A DNA stretch of 64,000 nt from an uncultured Bacteroidales bacterium (GCA_963825935.1 CAWGUN010000010.1:135752-199751), one strand, 5' to 3'. Shown: positions 50,115 to 60,789, counted from the stretch's first letter. Numbers and translations: made by a program. The notes: generated from the letters alone by a model not told the origin.

Positions 50115-50801
50115 TTAACTCCAATTGTATATTTTCCATCCTTTTTTTCTGGCGATTCTTAAAAGCTTCTTCTCAGGATTTATGCATACCGGAACTCCGA
50201 CAATGCTCAGGACAGGAATATCAGTATTCGCGTCGGCATAATACCATGCAGATTCCGGAGTACTGTTATTTATTTCACAGTACTCTCTGAGCCTAATAAG
50301 CTTCTCATTTCCGAAACATAACTTTCCTGAGGGGCGTCCGGTCAACAAGCCGTCAACTGTTTCCAACCTGGAACAGATGATATCATCAATATCCAGGTAT
50401 GAGGCAATTTCTTTGCATATCGGGGCCAGTGATGATGACAGAATCACCACTTTCGCACCTTTCTCTTTATGCATTTTAATTTCAGGTGCGGCCTCCGGGT
50501 GGAGTGAGGGAAGAAGCACTTCATTATACACATCCACACATAGTTTTTCAAGGGTCTCTTCAGGCAGACCTTTTACCCATTCTGTCATTTTGTAAACTAT
50601 CTTAAGAGGATCTTTTATGCTTAGCTTATAAGCCAGGGACAGGTAAATAGCCTGTACAAGATCAGTACCTTTCATGAGTCCTCTTTTCCAGGCTCCTCTT
50701 GCAAGTTCTGTACCGCTGACTGCTTTTATTATAGTACGGTCGAGATCGAAGAAAGCTATATAACTGACTTCTTTATACTTTTTTAAAGTAGTGTTCTCCA
50801 T
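50115..50801 (-). CDS. HAD-IB family phosphatase (PSPase-like)
   Basis: AFFDLDRT motif I, ILSSS, CFGNEK, YYADANTDIPVL, INPE. Confidence 0.88.
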   Translation of the reverse strand: MENTTLKKYKEVSYIAFFDLDRTIIKAVSGTELARGAWKRGLMKGTDLVQAIYLSLAYKLSIKDPLKIVYKMTEWVKGLPEETLEKLCVDVYNEVLLPSLHPEAAPEIKMHKEKGAKVVILSSSLAPICKEIASYLDIDDIICSRLETVDGLLTGRPSGKLCFGNEKLIRLREYCEINNSTPESAWYYADANTDIPVLSIVGVPVCINPEKKLLRIARKKGWKIYNWS

Positions 50802-51705
50802 CGGGATTATAGATAATGTTCAGCCCGCCGGGGATTAACCTTACATGAAATGTTCTTGCGAAATTCAGCTCACCGTCGACATGATAAGGAACATCTTTGG
50901 GAAATTCAAGGTCAATTGAGGGCGTCTGAAAATAATTGACTCTTTTGTCTGTAATATGCTCCCCTTTGGGAACTTTTAATAATAACCTGAATCGCTGGAA
51001 AAGATTCAGCCGTTGTATTGAGCAGACATCAAGCAAACCATCGTTGGCAATTGCTTTTGGAGTGAGGAAAAAACTGCCGGCAAATCGTCTGCCTATTGAA
51101 ATGGTGTTCATAAAGCAATCGGTTTCATGACGATCCCCGTTACTGATAACGATCATTTTTCTTTCTCTGAAAAACAGCAACGTCTTTATTATATGCCAGA
51201 GATATTTGTCATTGCCTCCCTTTCTCACATTCCCTATTTCAGTATAGTTCTGGGCTGCAACTTCGGCATCAAAACCAAGCCCCATCCCGTTCATGAAAAT
51301 CGCTCCGTTCACTGTTCCGACATCCTGCGGGATCACATTTTTTCTGAAGAAGATATCCCAATCTTTTTCCTGGAATCGGTTTGGAAACCCCGGTATCTGA
51401 CTGTAGTCATTACCTGTTCCGGCAGGGATAATACCGGCAACAATATCTTTTCTGCCGATCAGCGGTCTTGCAACTTCATTCAGTGTGCCATCACCGCCAA
51501 CTGCTATGATGAAATGAGTGCCTTTTTCAGCATAAGCCAAAGAGAGTTCAGTGGCATGACCCGGACGTTCAGTCAGAATAACCTCTCCGTCAATGTTATG
51601 CTTCCTGATCATCTCTTCAATTACAGGAACCATTGTCCGGCCAAAATTATTTCCTGCAATCGGGTTAACTATAAAAACCCATTTTTCTCCTTTTTCTTCG
51701 GACAT
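50773..51705 (-). CDS. Diacylglycerol/lipid kinase (YegS/DAGK family)
   Basis: IVNPIAG, AVGGDGTLNEV, PAGTGND, GLGFDA, DGLLDV, HVDGE. Confidence 0.92.
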   Translation of the reverse strand: MSEEKGEKWVFIVNPIAGNNFGRTMVPVIEEMIRKHNIDGEVILTERPGHATELSLAYAEKGTHFIIAVGGDGTLNEVARPLIGRKDIVAGIIPAGTGNDYSQIPGFPNRFQEKDWDIFFRKNVIPQDVGTVNGAIFMNGMGLGFDAEVAAQNYTEIGNVRKGGNDKYLWHIIKTLLFFRERKMIVISNGDRHETDCFMNTISIGRRFAGSFFLTPKAIANDGLLDVCSIQRLNLFQRFRLLLKVPKGEHITDKRVNYFQTPSIDLEFPKDVPYHVDGELNFARTFHVRLIPGGLNIIYNPDGEHYFKKV

Positions 51706-51719
51706 AGTGTCAGTTTGTA

Positions 51720-52433
51720 TTAATGGTAAGATGATTCAATTATGGTTTTGACTGTATCAATTATTTCATTATCGCTTTTATTTACCAGGTTGTCATGGGG
51801 TATTGGCTTATGAATTATGACATCAAGCTTTGATCCGAAATTAATGTAAAACCGGTTTTTTGGCTTAAAATCATAAAAACCATTAAGAGTTACAGGTAAA
51901 ATCGGGATGTTCCTTGTTCTGAAAAGATAAATAAAACCACGGTAAAAAGGGTTTATTTTTCCACTGGTAGTTCTTGTTCCTTCAGGGAAAAGAGCCACTG
52001 ACTGGTTCTTTGCTTTTTCCATGAGCTGTTCAAGCATATGGCGGGTATTGGTTACAGTAGGCTCTTTGAAGGGAACATAATCCATCATCCTTAGAAACTG
52101 TCCGAATATCGGCACTCTGAGCAACCGTTCATGACCAAACCATGAAACTTCAGGGTAAAATGATACAATTGCTACAATATCGAACAGACTTGCATGGTTG
52201 GCAAGAAGGATATATTTTTCTTTTTTATTGATATTCTCCTTCCCATAGATATGCAATCTTTTGAACATCAGTAAGAATACTGATTTTGCCCAGATCATGG
52301 TCATAAACCGGACAGGTTTCTTTGCATTCATCCATGTAAGGAGGATGACGAAGAATACCCCCACACCTGTATAAACATAAAGTATCCCGAAAACAGGGAT
52401 TGTGAGTAATGTATAGATACCAGAAAATCTCAT
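51720..52433 (-). CDS. PlsC-like lysophospholipid acyltransferase
   Basis: ANHASLFD (HX4D), FPEGTR, PILPV. Confidence 0.9.
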   Translation of the reverse strand: MRFSGIYTLLTIPVFGILYVYTGVGVFFVILLTWMNAKKPVRFMTMIWAKSVFLLMFKRLHIYGKENINKKEKYILLANHASLFDIVAIVSFYPEVSWFGHERLLRVPIFGQFLRMMDYVPFKEPTVTNTRHMLEQLMEKAKNQSVALFPEGTRTTSGKINPFYRGFIYLFRTRNIPILPVTLNGFYDFKPKNRFYINFGSKLDVIIHKPIPHDNLVNKSDNEIIDTVKTIIESSYH

Positions 52434-52510
52434 CTATTTGTTTTCCGGCAGAAATGTAAAGTTTTTTTTCAAATATTTTACCTCTTCCTGATTTTTATGA
52501 TTCTGCATTT

Positions 52511-54034
52511 TTATTTTCCGGAGTTGCTCACAAATGCGATCTGTTTACTGTCGGGAGACCATGAAGGCACATTAATTGTCCCCTGTCCGCCATAAAGCCA
52601 GGCTATAACTCCCGGTTCACCACCTGCTGCAGGCATTAGCCTGATCATTACCCTTTTATAGGATGGATGCGAATTTGGGTCAACATCCGGGAGGAAGGAG
52701 ATAAAAACTATCCATTTTCCGTCGGGAGAAACGTGGGGAAACCAGTCGTTATAATCCCCGGATGTCATTTCCTCCCTGCCTGATCCATCAGGTTTCATGC
52801 GCCAGATATGCATTTTGCCGGTATGGCTGCCGTTGTACCAGATATACTTTCCGTCAGGAGAATATTCGCATCCGTCTACGTGCTCACCGCTTTTAATACT
52901 GGTAAGTGCTGCTTCTTTTCCACCTTTGACAGAATTCCTGTATATATTATATATAGGTATACCATTTCGCTGAGCCACATAGATTACTTCTTTATTATTG
53001 GGGGCCCAGCCATGCCAGTAAGAGGGTGTATTTTCAGTAATCATTCTGGGGTTTCCCCCTTTCAGCGGCAGAACATAAACAGTTGAGCCTCCGCCGGGCA
53101 TTCCTTCGCGCTGATGGCTGATTGCTAAAAGCTTGCCATTGAATGATATACCGTGATCATTGTTGTTCCTGTCAGCAAAACCGGTATTTAATTTTTCTAT
53201 CACTCCACCGATTGCAGGAATTGTATATAGAAGTCCATCCATATTGAAAAGCAGCTTTTTACCGTCAGGCATCCAGTTTGGTGCTTCGAACCTTCCCTGT
53301 TTATCGTAAATAATTAGTCTTTTACCGTTAAAAACATTCATAGTTTCGAGACGGCTTGCCAGGTAACCCTCTTTCCCCGGGTCATAGCTATCTGAAACCG
53401 GCCTGTCGATCCTTATATTCCAGATCGTCGCTTCTTCGATTACATTCGGATCGTGTGAGCATATGAAAGGTCCTGCAAGTATTTCGTCAGGCAGGCTGAA
53501 CATCTCATAGGAACCGATATCTTCCATAGGACCGTCATGGTGTGCTGCCCTCATATAGATTATTTTGCCTGCGCGTTCGATCTGAATGACCTCATAGTTT
53601 GAACTCTTTGCAAACACCTCGTCTTCAGGATCTTTCATGGAAGCACCCTTGAAGTCTCTCCATTGCATCACCGTAAGCCCGTCTCCATGGATCACTGCGG
53701 AGATATGTGGTGAATCATCATCCTCTGAGGCTCTCAGCATTAACCCGGTTTTCCTGTGGGCATTGGCCCCTTTCCCTTCTAATTTGAAATTGGCTGTAAT
53801 TATAAAATCTCCCTTGATCCTGTTATACATGTAATGGAACTCGTCCCTGTCGAACCAGATATTATACCCTGAACCACGGAGGAGATAAGACTGATCGGCC
53901 GGATTATAAACATAGGATCCCAGGTTCTTCGGATTTCCTATATCCGTTTTGTACCTGAAGATATCTTTCAGTTGAGCTGAAACAGAAGTCATGCTAAAGA
54001 AAACAATTGAAATAATGGCAATACAGTATTTCAT
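52511..54034 (-). CDS. Secreted TolB-like beta-propeller protein with an N-terminal lectin-like beta-sandwich
   Basis: Signal peptide; FEAPNW.PDG, NNDHGIS, SYWHGWAP, DGCEYSPDG, WFPHVSPDG, GGQGTINVPSWSPDS repeats. Confidence 0.85.
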   Translation of the reverse strand: MKYCIAIISIVFFSMTSVSAQLKDIFRYKTDIGNPKNLGSYVYNPADQSYLLRGSGYNIWFDRDEFHYMYNRIKGDFIITANFKLEGKGANAHRKTGLMLRASEDDDSPHISAVIHGDGLTVMQWRDFKGASMKDPEDEVFAKSSNYEVIQIERAGKIIYMRAAHHDGPMEDIGSYEMFSLPDEILAGPFICSHDPNVIEEATIWNIRIDRPVSDSYDPGKEGYLASRLETMNVFNGKRLIIYDKQGRFEAPNWMPDGKKLLFNMDGLLYTIPAIGGVIEKLNTGFADRNNNDHGISFNGKLLAISHQREGMPGGGSTVYVLPLKGGNPRMITENTPSYWHGWAPNNKEVIYVAQRNGIPIYNIYRNSVKGGKEAALTSIKSGEHVDGCEYSPDGKYIWYNGSHTGKMHIWRMKPDGSGREEMTSGDYNDWFPHVSPDGKWIVFISFLPDVDPNSHPSYKRVMIRLMPAAGGEPGVIAWLYGGQGTINVPSWSPDSKQIAFVSNSGK

Positions 54035-54096
54035 GATTATCAATTATTTATTTGGAAATTTAATTCAAGGTACTCTTTTTTTTCAAAAAAAAGTAA

Positions 54097-54112
54097 CTGC
54101 AATCGATTGCAG
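54097..54112. promoter_or_regulatory. Perfect 16-bp palindrome CTGCAATCGATTGCAG, LacI-family operator-like
   Basis: Central CG flanked by AAT/ATT as in LacI-type operators; lies between the divergent TolB-like gene and susC, just upstream of TAAATTTG (54131-54138). Confidence 0.65.
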
Positions 54113-54247
54113 AATTAAAATAATAGTTTTAAATTTGATAACTGACTTGATTATAACCTTACAAAAAACAACGGCGTTTTAGAATCTTATATCCTGAAAA
54201 TTAAAAAGTTATGCCTATGGAGTAATATCCCAGTGACCTGAAATTAA

Positions 54248-54273
54248 ACAGGAGATGTTGCTGCATCTCCTGT
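54248..54273 (+). promoter_or_regulatory. Stem-loop in the susC leader
   Basis: ACAGGAGATG-TTGCTG-CATCTCCTGT, perfect 10-bp stem. Confidence 0.55.
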
Positions 54274-54343
54274 AGTCAAGGAATCAACAATTTATGAATC
54301 TTACGTAACATCATAATTAATTAACCCTTAATTCTTCAAATCT

Positions 54344-57300
54344 ATGGTAAAAAAACCTTCGAAAAGCATTTTGTGTCAAAAATGCTTTAAAAAAATCTTT
54401 CTGATTTCTGGAGTTATCTGCCTGCTATTGCTGCAAGGCACTTTTCAGGTTTTCGCCCTGAGCAGTTCAGATATCAGGATGTCTGAAGATCTGCAACAGA
54501 AAGTTGTAACAGGTACTGTTGTGGATGTTGGCAATAATCCTATGGCCGGGGTCAATGTCCTGGAAAAAGGTACAATGAATGGAGTACTTACCGGTACGAA
54601 CGGAAAATTTTCAATCACGGTTTCCTCACCTCAATCGGTACTGTCGTTTTCATTCATTGGTTATGAAACACAGGAGGTTGGAGTCGGCGATCAGATAGTA
54701 GTAAACATAACGCTTCATGAGAGTGTAACCGGGCTGAATGAAGTGGTGGTAGTAGGTTATGGCACTGTGAAGAAGAAAGATCTTACGGGATCTGTTGCAT
54801 CGGTAAAGTCGGAGGAACTCATGGCAACTGCTCCTACAACCATTCAAAAAGCCCTTATGGGAAAAACTGCCGGGGTTCTGATTGCTCAGGGGAATCTGGT
54901 AAACTCTACTGCTACGATTCGTGTACGCGGGAACCGTTCGGTCACTGCTACTAACGATCCGCTTTTTGTTATTGACGGGATACCATCCACAGGTGGATTG
55001 GAAACCATAAATCCCAGCGATGTGGAGTCGATTGAAATTTTGAAAGATGCATCAGCTACGGCAATCTATGGTTCCAGAGGTGCAAACGGGGTAATCATTG
55101 TTACCACCAAGAAAGGGGAAGCCGGCAAGGTTACTGTCGAATACAACGCCTATTATAGCGTCGGCAACCTCAACCGTTTTCGCAAGGTATTCAATGTTGC
55201 CGATTATGTTGACTATGTGCGGGAAGGAGGCCGCAAGTACACTTATGACGGCAATGGTGGTTTCGCGATAGATCCAACCGGTGTTTACGGCTCTTTGACA
55301 CCTAATTACAGCGAGGACATGGGTATGACTTATTTCACCAACGATCCCTACGTAAGGAAATCGATTGACACAGCATGGGTTGGCGGTGTATATGATCCTT
55401 CGAAGCTTCGCGGTTTCGACTGGCAAATGGCGGGTTATCGTGACAATGCATCTTCTACGAGCCACTCGATCAGTATCAGGGGCGGTTCGGAAAACACTAA
55501 AGTATTTATTTCAGGTTCATATATGAACCTTCATGATATACAGCTTCAGTCGTTCCGTAAACGGTATACACTTCGACTGAACCTTGATCAGAACCTGGGA
55601 AAAAGAATGACTATGGGTGGAAATATTAATTTCGGATATATTGACTGGATTGGCGGTAAAGGTATTTCTACCGTCTTTAATCCGCTTGGTAATCCCTTTT
55701 ATTCACCTCCGGGCAGCAATGGACTCCCTGATGTCAGAAAACCGGGCGATCAAAAATATGGGATTATTAAAAATCCGGCTGGAGAACCTTTGAGTACCAA
55801 TCCGTTCTTCGATCTGGAGGGGATTCAGAATCAGAATAAAAATCAAAGGTTGCTGACAAACCTTTATCTGATTATAAACCCGTTTAAAGGATTGTCATAC
55901 AGGGCGAACTTTGGATATAACATGAATGTTACTCAAAACCAGCATTTTGCCAGTAAAAATTCCACTGAGACAAATTTCGGTAACCCTGTTGCATATGAGA
56001 ATTTTGCCTTCGATCATGGCTGGACATTTGAAAACATTCTTTCGTACAACACAACATTCAAGTCTCATACAATAGGTGTAACTGCTGTTCAGTCAAGTGA
56101 AAAGTTTGTGCAGGAACCTGCCCGTGCTACTGGTAGCAGCCTCCCGCTGGAAACGCAGCAGTGGTATTCACTCGGTTCAGCATCAACACAATCTGTCACT
56201 AGCGGATTCACCCAGTGGACCATGATGTCGTGGCTGGGCCGTGTAAATTATTCGTTCATGGACAGGTATCTCTTGACAGCATCTATCAGGTACGATGGCT
56301 CTTCGCGACTGGCAACCGGTAATAAATGGGTAGCATTCCCGTCGGTGGCTCTTGCATGGCGCCTCTCCGAGGAAAGCTTTATGAAGGGCATCAGTTTCCT
56401 AGACAACCTGAAGTTGCGCTTCGGATATGGAGTTACAGGAAACTCAGCTGTTGCTCCTTACAGTACAGTGGGTACAACTGTTGCGAGCCGTTATAACTTT
56501 GAAAAAGCGACTGGAGTTATGGGTTTTGCCCCCAATTCACTTTCCAACCCGAACCTGACATGGGAAAAGACAGCCCAGTATAATGGAGGTGTCGACTTTG
56601 GCTTCTTCAAGGGACGTATTTCCGGATCTATCGATCTTTATTTGCAGCAAACAACTGACTTGTTAATGACTCGTTCACTCCCAAGTGTTTCAGGTTTTAC
56701 CTCTATAGTTCAAAATGTTGGGGCCACAAAGAACCAGGGTCTGGAAATCAGCCTGAGTACCGTCAACATTACCACAGGTAAAATCAATTGGACAACCGAC
56801 CTGACATTTTCAACCAACAAGGAAGAAGTTACCCAGCTTGCCACAGGATTGCCGCAGGATCTGGTTAACAACTGGTTTGTAGGGTATCCCGTCGACACAT
56901 ATTATGGTTATCTTGCATATCCAAGAGTCTGGGGTTGCTCCAAGGCAGATATTGATGAGATGGCTAAATTCAATGCCAATGGTACTAACTTTAAACCTGG
57001 TGAGATACGCCTTGAGGATCTGAACGGTGACTACAAGATCACTGATGCCGACAGAAAAATCATTGGTTCCAGGATGCCTAAATGGTCGGCCAGTCTGGCA
57101 AATACGTTCAAATACGGTCCTTTTGATCTGTACCTATTTTTATATGGTTCCTTCGGGCAGATGATTTACTGGAATCCGGGCGTATCAATCATTGGCCGCT
57201 ATAATAGCATTGAAAATGATTACTGGACTCCTACACATCAAGATACCAAGTGGCTGAAACCTCAGCTGGACATACAAATGCCGGCTAACGTCGATGCCAT

Positions 57301-57562
57301 GTATTATTGGTCTGGGGATTTCCTGAAAATTTCCGACATCACATTGGGGTACACTGTGCCTAAGAATCTGACTGAAAAAGTAACCATTAAAAATGCAAGA
57401 GTTTATATAAAGGTTCAGGACCCATACATGTGGACAAACTTTGAAGGGATTGATCCTGAAGGCGCTATAGCTCAAACACGTTCCGGAGGGACTATCGGCA
57501 CCTATAATGATGCCCCATTCACAATGAGAACCTATATGTTCGGAATTAATGTAACATTCTAA
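54344..57562 (+). CDS. susC: SusC/RagA family TonB-dependent transporter
   Basis: LNEVVVVGYG, DLTGSV, PLFVIDG, DVESIEILKDASATAIYGSRGANGVIIVTTKKG, RYDGSSR, NPNLTWEKT, C-terminal FGINVTF. Confidence 0.96.
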   Translation: MVKKPSKSILCQKCFKKIFLISGVICLLLLQGTFQVFALSSSDIRMSEDLQQKVVTGTVVDVGNNPMAGVNVLEKGTMNGVLTGTNGKFSITVSSPQSVLSFSFIGYETQEVGVGDQIVVNITLHESVTGLNEVVVVGYGTVKKKDLTGSVASVKSEELMATAPTTIQKALMGKTAGVLIAQGNLVNSTATIRVRGNRSVTATNDPLFVIDGIPSTGGLETINPSDVESIEILKDASATAIYGSRGANGVIIVTTKKGEAGKVTVEYNAYYSVGNLNRFRKVFNVADYVDYVREGGRKYTYDGNGGFAIDPTGVYGSLTPNYSEDMGMTYFTNDPYVRKSIDTAWVGGVYDPSKLRGFDWQMAGYRDNASSTSHSISIRGGSENTKVFISGSYMNLHDIQLQSFRKRYTLRLNLDQNLGKRMTMGGNINFGYIDWIGGKGISTVFNPLGNPFYSPPGSNGLPDVRKPGDQKYGIIKNPAGEPLSTNPFFDLEGIQNQNKNQRLLTNLYLIINPFKGLSYRANFGYNMNVTQNQHFASKNSTETNFGNPVAYENFAFDHGWTFENILSYNTTFKSHTIGVTAVQSSEKFVQEPARATGSSLPLETQQWYSLGSASTQSVTSGFTQWTMMSWLGRVNYSFMDRYLLTASIRYDGSSRLATGNKWVAFPSVALAWRLSEESFMKGISFLDNLKLRFGYGVTGNSAVAPYSTVGTTVASRYNFEKATGVMGFAPNSLSNPNLTWEKTAQYNGGVDFGFFKGRISGSIDLYLQQTTDLLMTRSLPSVSGFTSIVQNVGATKNQGLEISLSTVNITTGKINWTTDLTFSTNKEEVTQLATGLPQDLVNNWFVGYPVDTYYGYLAYPRVWGCSKADIDEMAKFNANGTNFKPGEIRLEDLNGDYKITDADRKIIGSRMPKWSASLANTFKYGPFDLYLFLYGSFGQMIYWNPGVSIIGRYNSIENDYWTPTHQDTKWLKPQLDIQMPANVDAMYYWSGDFLKISDITLGYTVPKNLTEKVTIKNARVYIKVQDPYMWTNFEGIDPEGAIAQTRSGGTIGTYNDAPFTMRTYMFGINVTF

Positions 57563-57573
57563 TCAGTAAAACA

Positions 57574-59670
57574 ATGAAAATGAAGATAATTAGGAATATT
57601 TTACTATTGGCGGGATTTACCTTGTTCAGCTTATCCTGTTCCGATTTTCTGGATGAGAAATCGTATAATGCAGACTATACGTACTATAATTCCGCTGCTG
57701 GTTTAGATGCTTTAACCGTAGCGTGTTACCAGCAAACCCGCTGGTGCGTAAATTCTGAAACCCAATACGCTTTTGAAGATATGGGTACCGACATCTGGAT
57801 GATCGGTGGCGACGGCTCTCATCGCGATGCTTTTGGCCAGTTTCTTTCAACTGCCATGACTGCTCAAAATGGAAATATAGCTGGCTTCTGGAATAACAAT
57901 TACAGGGGTATTGCCTCATGTAACCTGGGATTACAAACTTTGGAAAGCAATACTGATATGGCTGAGGCAACAAAGGCCATACGCAAGGGAGAAATGCTGT
58001 TCCTTCGTGCCTATTATTATTATGAACTTGCCATTCAGTTTGGCGCCGCACCTTTGGTTACCACTCCGGTAGATAAAGTCAAAACAGATTTTACACGCGC
58101 TCCGCAGAAGCAAATCTGGGCACAGGTCATTTCAGATGCCCGTAAGGCATGGGATCTTCTGCCCTGGGCTGACGCCAGCGGAAAGGTGACGGGTGATTTT
58201 GGACGTGCCAGCAAAGGCTCAGCTGGTCATTTGCTTGCCAAAGCATATATGTTCCGTTATTGCGACAAATATGCAAAGAGCCAGACAGACGCAAATATGA
58301 ATGAGGATCGCGGAGGACTTGCAACAGATATCGACTCTGTGATTTACTACGCCAGTCAGGTTTGTAAATTCGGGCCCGGAGCTTCAAGTTTAAGTAACCA
58401 TACCCTGGTAGCCAATTACTCGACACTCTGGGGGTGGAATCCAAAAACCGGTCTGTCAGCCGAATATGCAGGTCCGGAAATCGTTTTTTCGATTAATAAT
58501 TCATCCACCTATTTTTGGAACAATGTAGGAGCAACAGATGTTAATACAAATGGAAACCAGCTGCATTTGTATTACACCGGGCAATTGGAAAATTATCCGT
58601 TGTCAACTAAACTTGAAAGTGGAACCACTATTACCTTAGGAACCAATGTCGGGCTTGTACGCGATTTAATGACCGGCCGTCCCTGGAGACGAGTATCGCC
58701 TACGCCGTGGTATTATTCTGATAATGGCCTCTATGCCGCTAAAAACTATGAGACAGGCAAATTAGGCAAGCTTGTCGATTCGCGGCTTTACAAATCCCAC
58801 GTCTGGGTAGAATACTGCAACAGCACAGCCCGGGATTTCAAATGGTCTGTCGTTACGAATCCAGCTGGCACATTTGATCCTGCAAGTATCGGGGTTGTAG
58901 CCGGAACACAAAAGTATAATGTAGGCGACACCGCAATGCTCTTAACTATTGAGGATGTCAGTCAACGTGCCGGACCCGGAACCAAAGCGGAAAAGCTTGT
59001 ATTGGCGCGTGCAAAGGAAAAATATTGGCTGGTTCCGATGCAATCCGTTAAAGTTGCTTTGTTAAGGGGTGAAGTCTCCGGATTTGATGTTACAACCAAT
59101 AGCTTCCCTCCACTGATCAAATATATGGATAACAGACGTGCAGCTACAAATGATCAGGGTGGTTTCAGAAACTTTTATCGTTTCCGTCTGGCCGAAACCT
59201 ACATTTTGCTGTCAGAAGCTTATGCCCGTAAAGGTGATTTTACAAATGCTGCGGCCGCCCTTAATGTGGTCCGTTTACGCGCTGCCTGGAAAGCGGGCGA
59301 GACAAAATCTGCCCACTACTGGAAGTATGATGGCGGCACCTGGGCTACAAGAACAAATTCGACTGAGACCGACATGCAGGTATCAGCAGGTTTCCTTGGT
59401 AGTTTTACAGGTGATGCACTTACAGATTTCTACCTGGACGAAATGGGTCATGAAACAGCTGGTGAATTGAATCGCTTCGACTTGTTGGTCCGGTATGGCG
59501 CCGATTACTGGTACAACCGGGTAAAAGCCACCGATTACTGGGTAAGCAATGATAATGGTGTTAGTGGTGGTGCTATAAAGAAGTATCATCGCTTCCGCCC
59601 GATACCCCAGACATATATAGACAATGTTAATCCGCCTGATCCGAATCCGCAAAATTACGGATACTTTTAA
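57574..59670 (+). CDS. susD: SusD/RagB family surface lipoprotein
   Basis: Lipobox SLSC-SDFLD; GEMLFLRAYYY; GRASKG; RFRLAETYILLSEA; RFDLLVR; PIPQ; QNYGY. Confidence 0.93.
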   Translation: MKMKIIRNILLLAGFTLFSLSCSDFLDEKSYNADYTYYNSAAGLDALTVACYQQTRWCVNSETQYAFEDMGTDIWMIGGDGSHRDAFGQFLSTAMTAQNGNIAGFWNNNYRGIASCNLGLQTLESNTDMAEATKAIRKGEMLFLRAYYYYELAIQFGAAPLVTTPVDKVKTDFTRAPQKQIWAQVISDARKAWDLLPWADASGKVTGDFGRASKGSAGHLLAKAYMFRYCDKYAKSQTDANMNEDRGGLATDIDSVIYYASQVCKFGPGASSLSNHTLVANYSTLWGWNPKTGLSAEYAGPEIVFSINNSSTYFWNNVGATDVNTNGNQLHLYYTGQLENYPLSTKLESGTTITLGTNVGLVRDLMTGRPWRRVSPTPWYYSDNGLYAAKNYETGKLGKLVDSRLYKSHVWVEYCNSTARDFKWSVVTNPAGTFDPASIGVVAGTQKYNVGDTAMLLTIEDVSQRAGPGTKAEKLVLARAKEKYWLVPMQSVKVALLRGEVSGFDVTTNSFPPLIKYMDNRRAATNDQGGFRNFYRFRLAETYILLSEAYARKGDFTNAAAALNVVRLRAAWKAGETKSAHYWKYDGGTWATRTNSTETDMQVSAGFLGSFTGDALTDFYLDEMGHETAGELNRFDLLVRYGADYWYNRVKATDYWVSNDNGVSGGAIKKYHRFRPIPQTYIDNVNPPDPNPQNYGYF

Positions 59671-59790
59671 TAGTTAATTTTAATTGATTCCCTGGTCGTT
59701 CTGGAACGGCCGGGGAATAATATAAAACTAGAATCTTCTGAAATAATCCAGATTAATAGTGGTGTAGATTCAGGTTAAGAGTGAGGTGAC

Positions 59791-59837
59791 AAACTGAGGC
59801 CGACCAATAAAGGGAAGCCTCAGTTTTTAATTTTTTT
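59791..59837 (+). terminator. Probable intrinsic terminator after susD (a second hairpin lies at 59687-59718)
   Basis: AAACTGAGGC...GCCTCAGTTT stem followed by TTAATTTTTTT. Confidence 0.6.
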
Positions 59838-59909
59838 AAGTTTTAAAATATAAATTATCAAGGTATATTTACCGATCATTTATCAGTTAAACATATTAAT
59901 AAATCATAT

Positions 59910-60578
59910 ATGAATGAAATTCTTCTACAGCTTTCACATTGCGTCGAATTTGGAAAGATAGACAAGCTTTCTCCCTATCCTCCCGACCTGAAAGGACAGG
60001 ACGGTGCCGACGAAATAGCCAAAAAAGCACTTGAAGAGGGCATTAAACCGGATGATATCCTCGAAAAAGCCCTTATCCCTGCGATGGCTATTGTTGGTGA
60101 AAAATTCACCAGGAAAGAAATCTATGTTCCACAGATGCTGATGGCCGCAAAAGCAATGAGCAGCGCCATGAAACATCTGAAGCCATTTTTTCAATCGGGC
60201 GAAGCAAAAAGAAAAGGTAAATTCATAATAGGAACAGTCTCGGGAGATTTGCACGATATAGGCAAGAACCTTGTTGCCATGATGATAGAAGGCGGAGGTT
60301 GGGAGGTTATAGACCTTGGTGTGGATGTGAATACTGAAAAATTCATGAAGGCTCTTGATGAAAATCCGGGTGCCATCATAGGACTCTCGGCACTGCTTAC
60401 CACGACAATGGAAAATATGAAAAAAACCGTTTCGGCAATCAGGGAAAAACATTCCGGTTCAAAGATATTTGTTGGCGGAGCTCCGGTGACTATGGAATAT
60501 TGTCAAAAGATCGGTGCAGATTTTTATTCTCCCGATCCTCAGGGGGCTGTTAATTATCTGAATAAACTTGTATCGTGA
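59910..60578 (+). CDS. Corrinoid (cobalamin-binding) protein, MtbC/MetH cap + B12-binding type
   Basis: YVPQMLMAAKAM cap; GDLHDIGKNLV (DxHxxG); DLGVDV; LSALLTTTM; VGGAPV. Confidence 0.93.
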   Translation: MNEILLQLSHCVEFGKIDKLSPYPPDLKGQDGADEIAKKALEEGIKPDDILEKALIPAMAIVGEKFTRKEIYVPQMLMAAKAMSSAMKHLKPFFQSGEAKRKGKFIIGTVSGDLHDIGKNLVAMMIEGGGWEVIDLGVDVNTEKFMKALDENPGAIIGLSALLTTTMENMKKTVSAIREKHSGSKIFVGGAPVTMEYCQKIGADFYSPDPQGAVNYLNKLVS

Positions 60579-60645
60579 ATTGAAAATAATTTCTTAAGGT
60601 TAGATAATATCATATCGTAAATGATCCCATTTCTTAGCTTTCTTT

Positions 60646-60756
60646 AACCCATCCCCCGGCCCCTTCCCTTAAGACTAAGGGAAGGGGTGTAAGAACTTTA
60701 AATTAATCACTCCCCCTTCTCTTAAGCTTAAGAGAAGGGGGCCGGGGGGATGAGTT
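60646..60756. repeat. Paired palindromic element family C (two hairpins in inverted orientation)
   Basis: CCCCTTCCCTTAAGACTAAGGGAAGGGG and CCCCCTTCTCTTAAGCTTAAGAGAAGGGGG inside outer arms AACCCATCCCCCGGCCCC/GGGGCCGGGGGGATGAGTT. Confidence 0.85.
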
Positions 60757-60789
60757 CAGAAATACAGAAGGGGGTAAAACAAGCTACTA

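Noticed and set aside
59671-59909. Cobalamin or SAM riboswitch upstream of the corrinoid gene
   Set aside because: I could not find the B12-box or SAM-I core motifs; only terminator-like hairpins. An Rfam scan would be decisive
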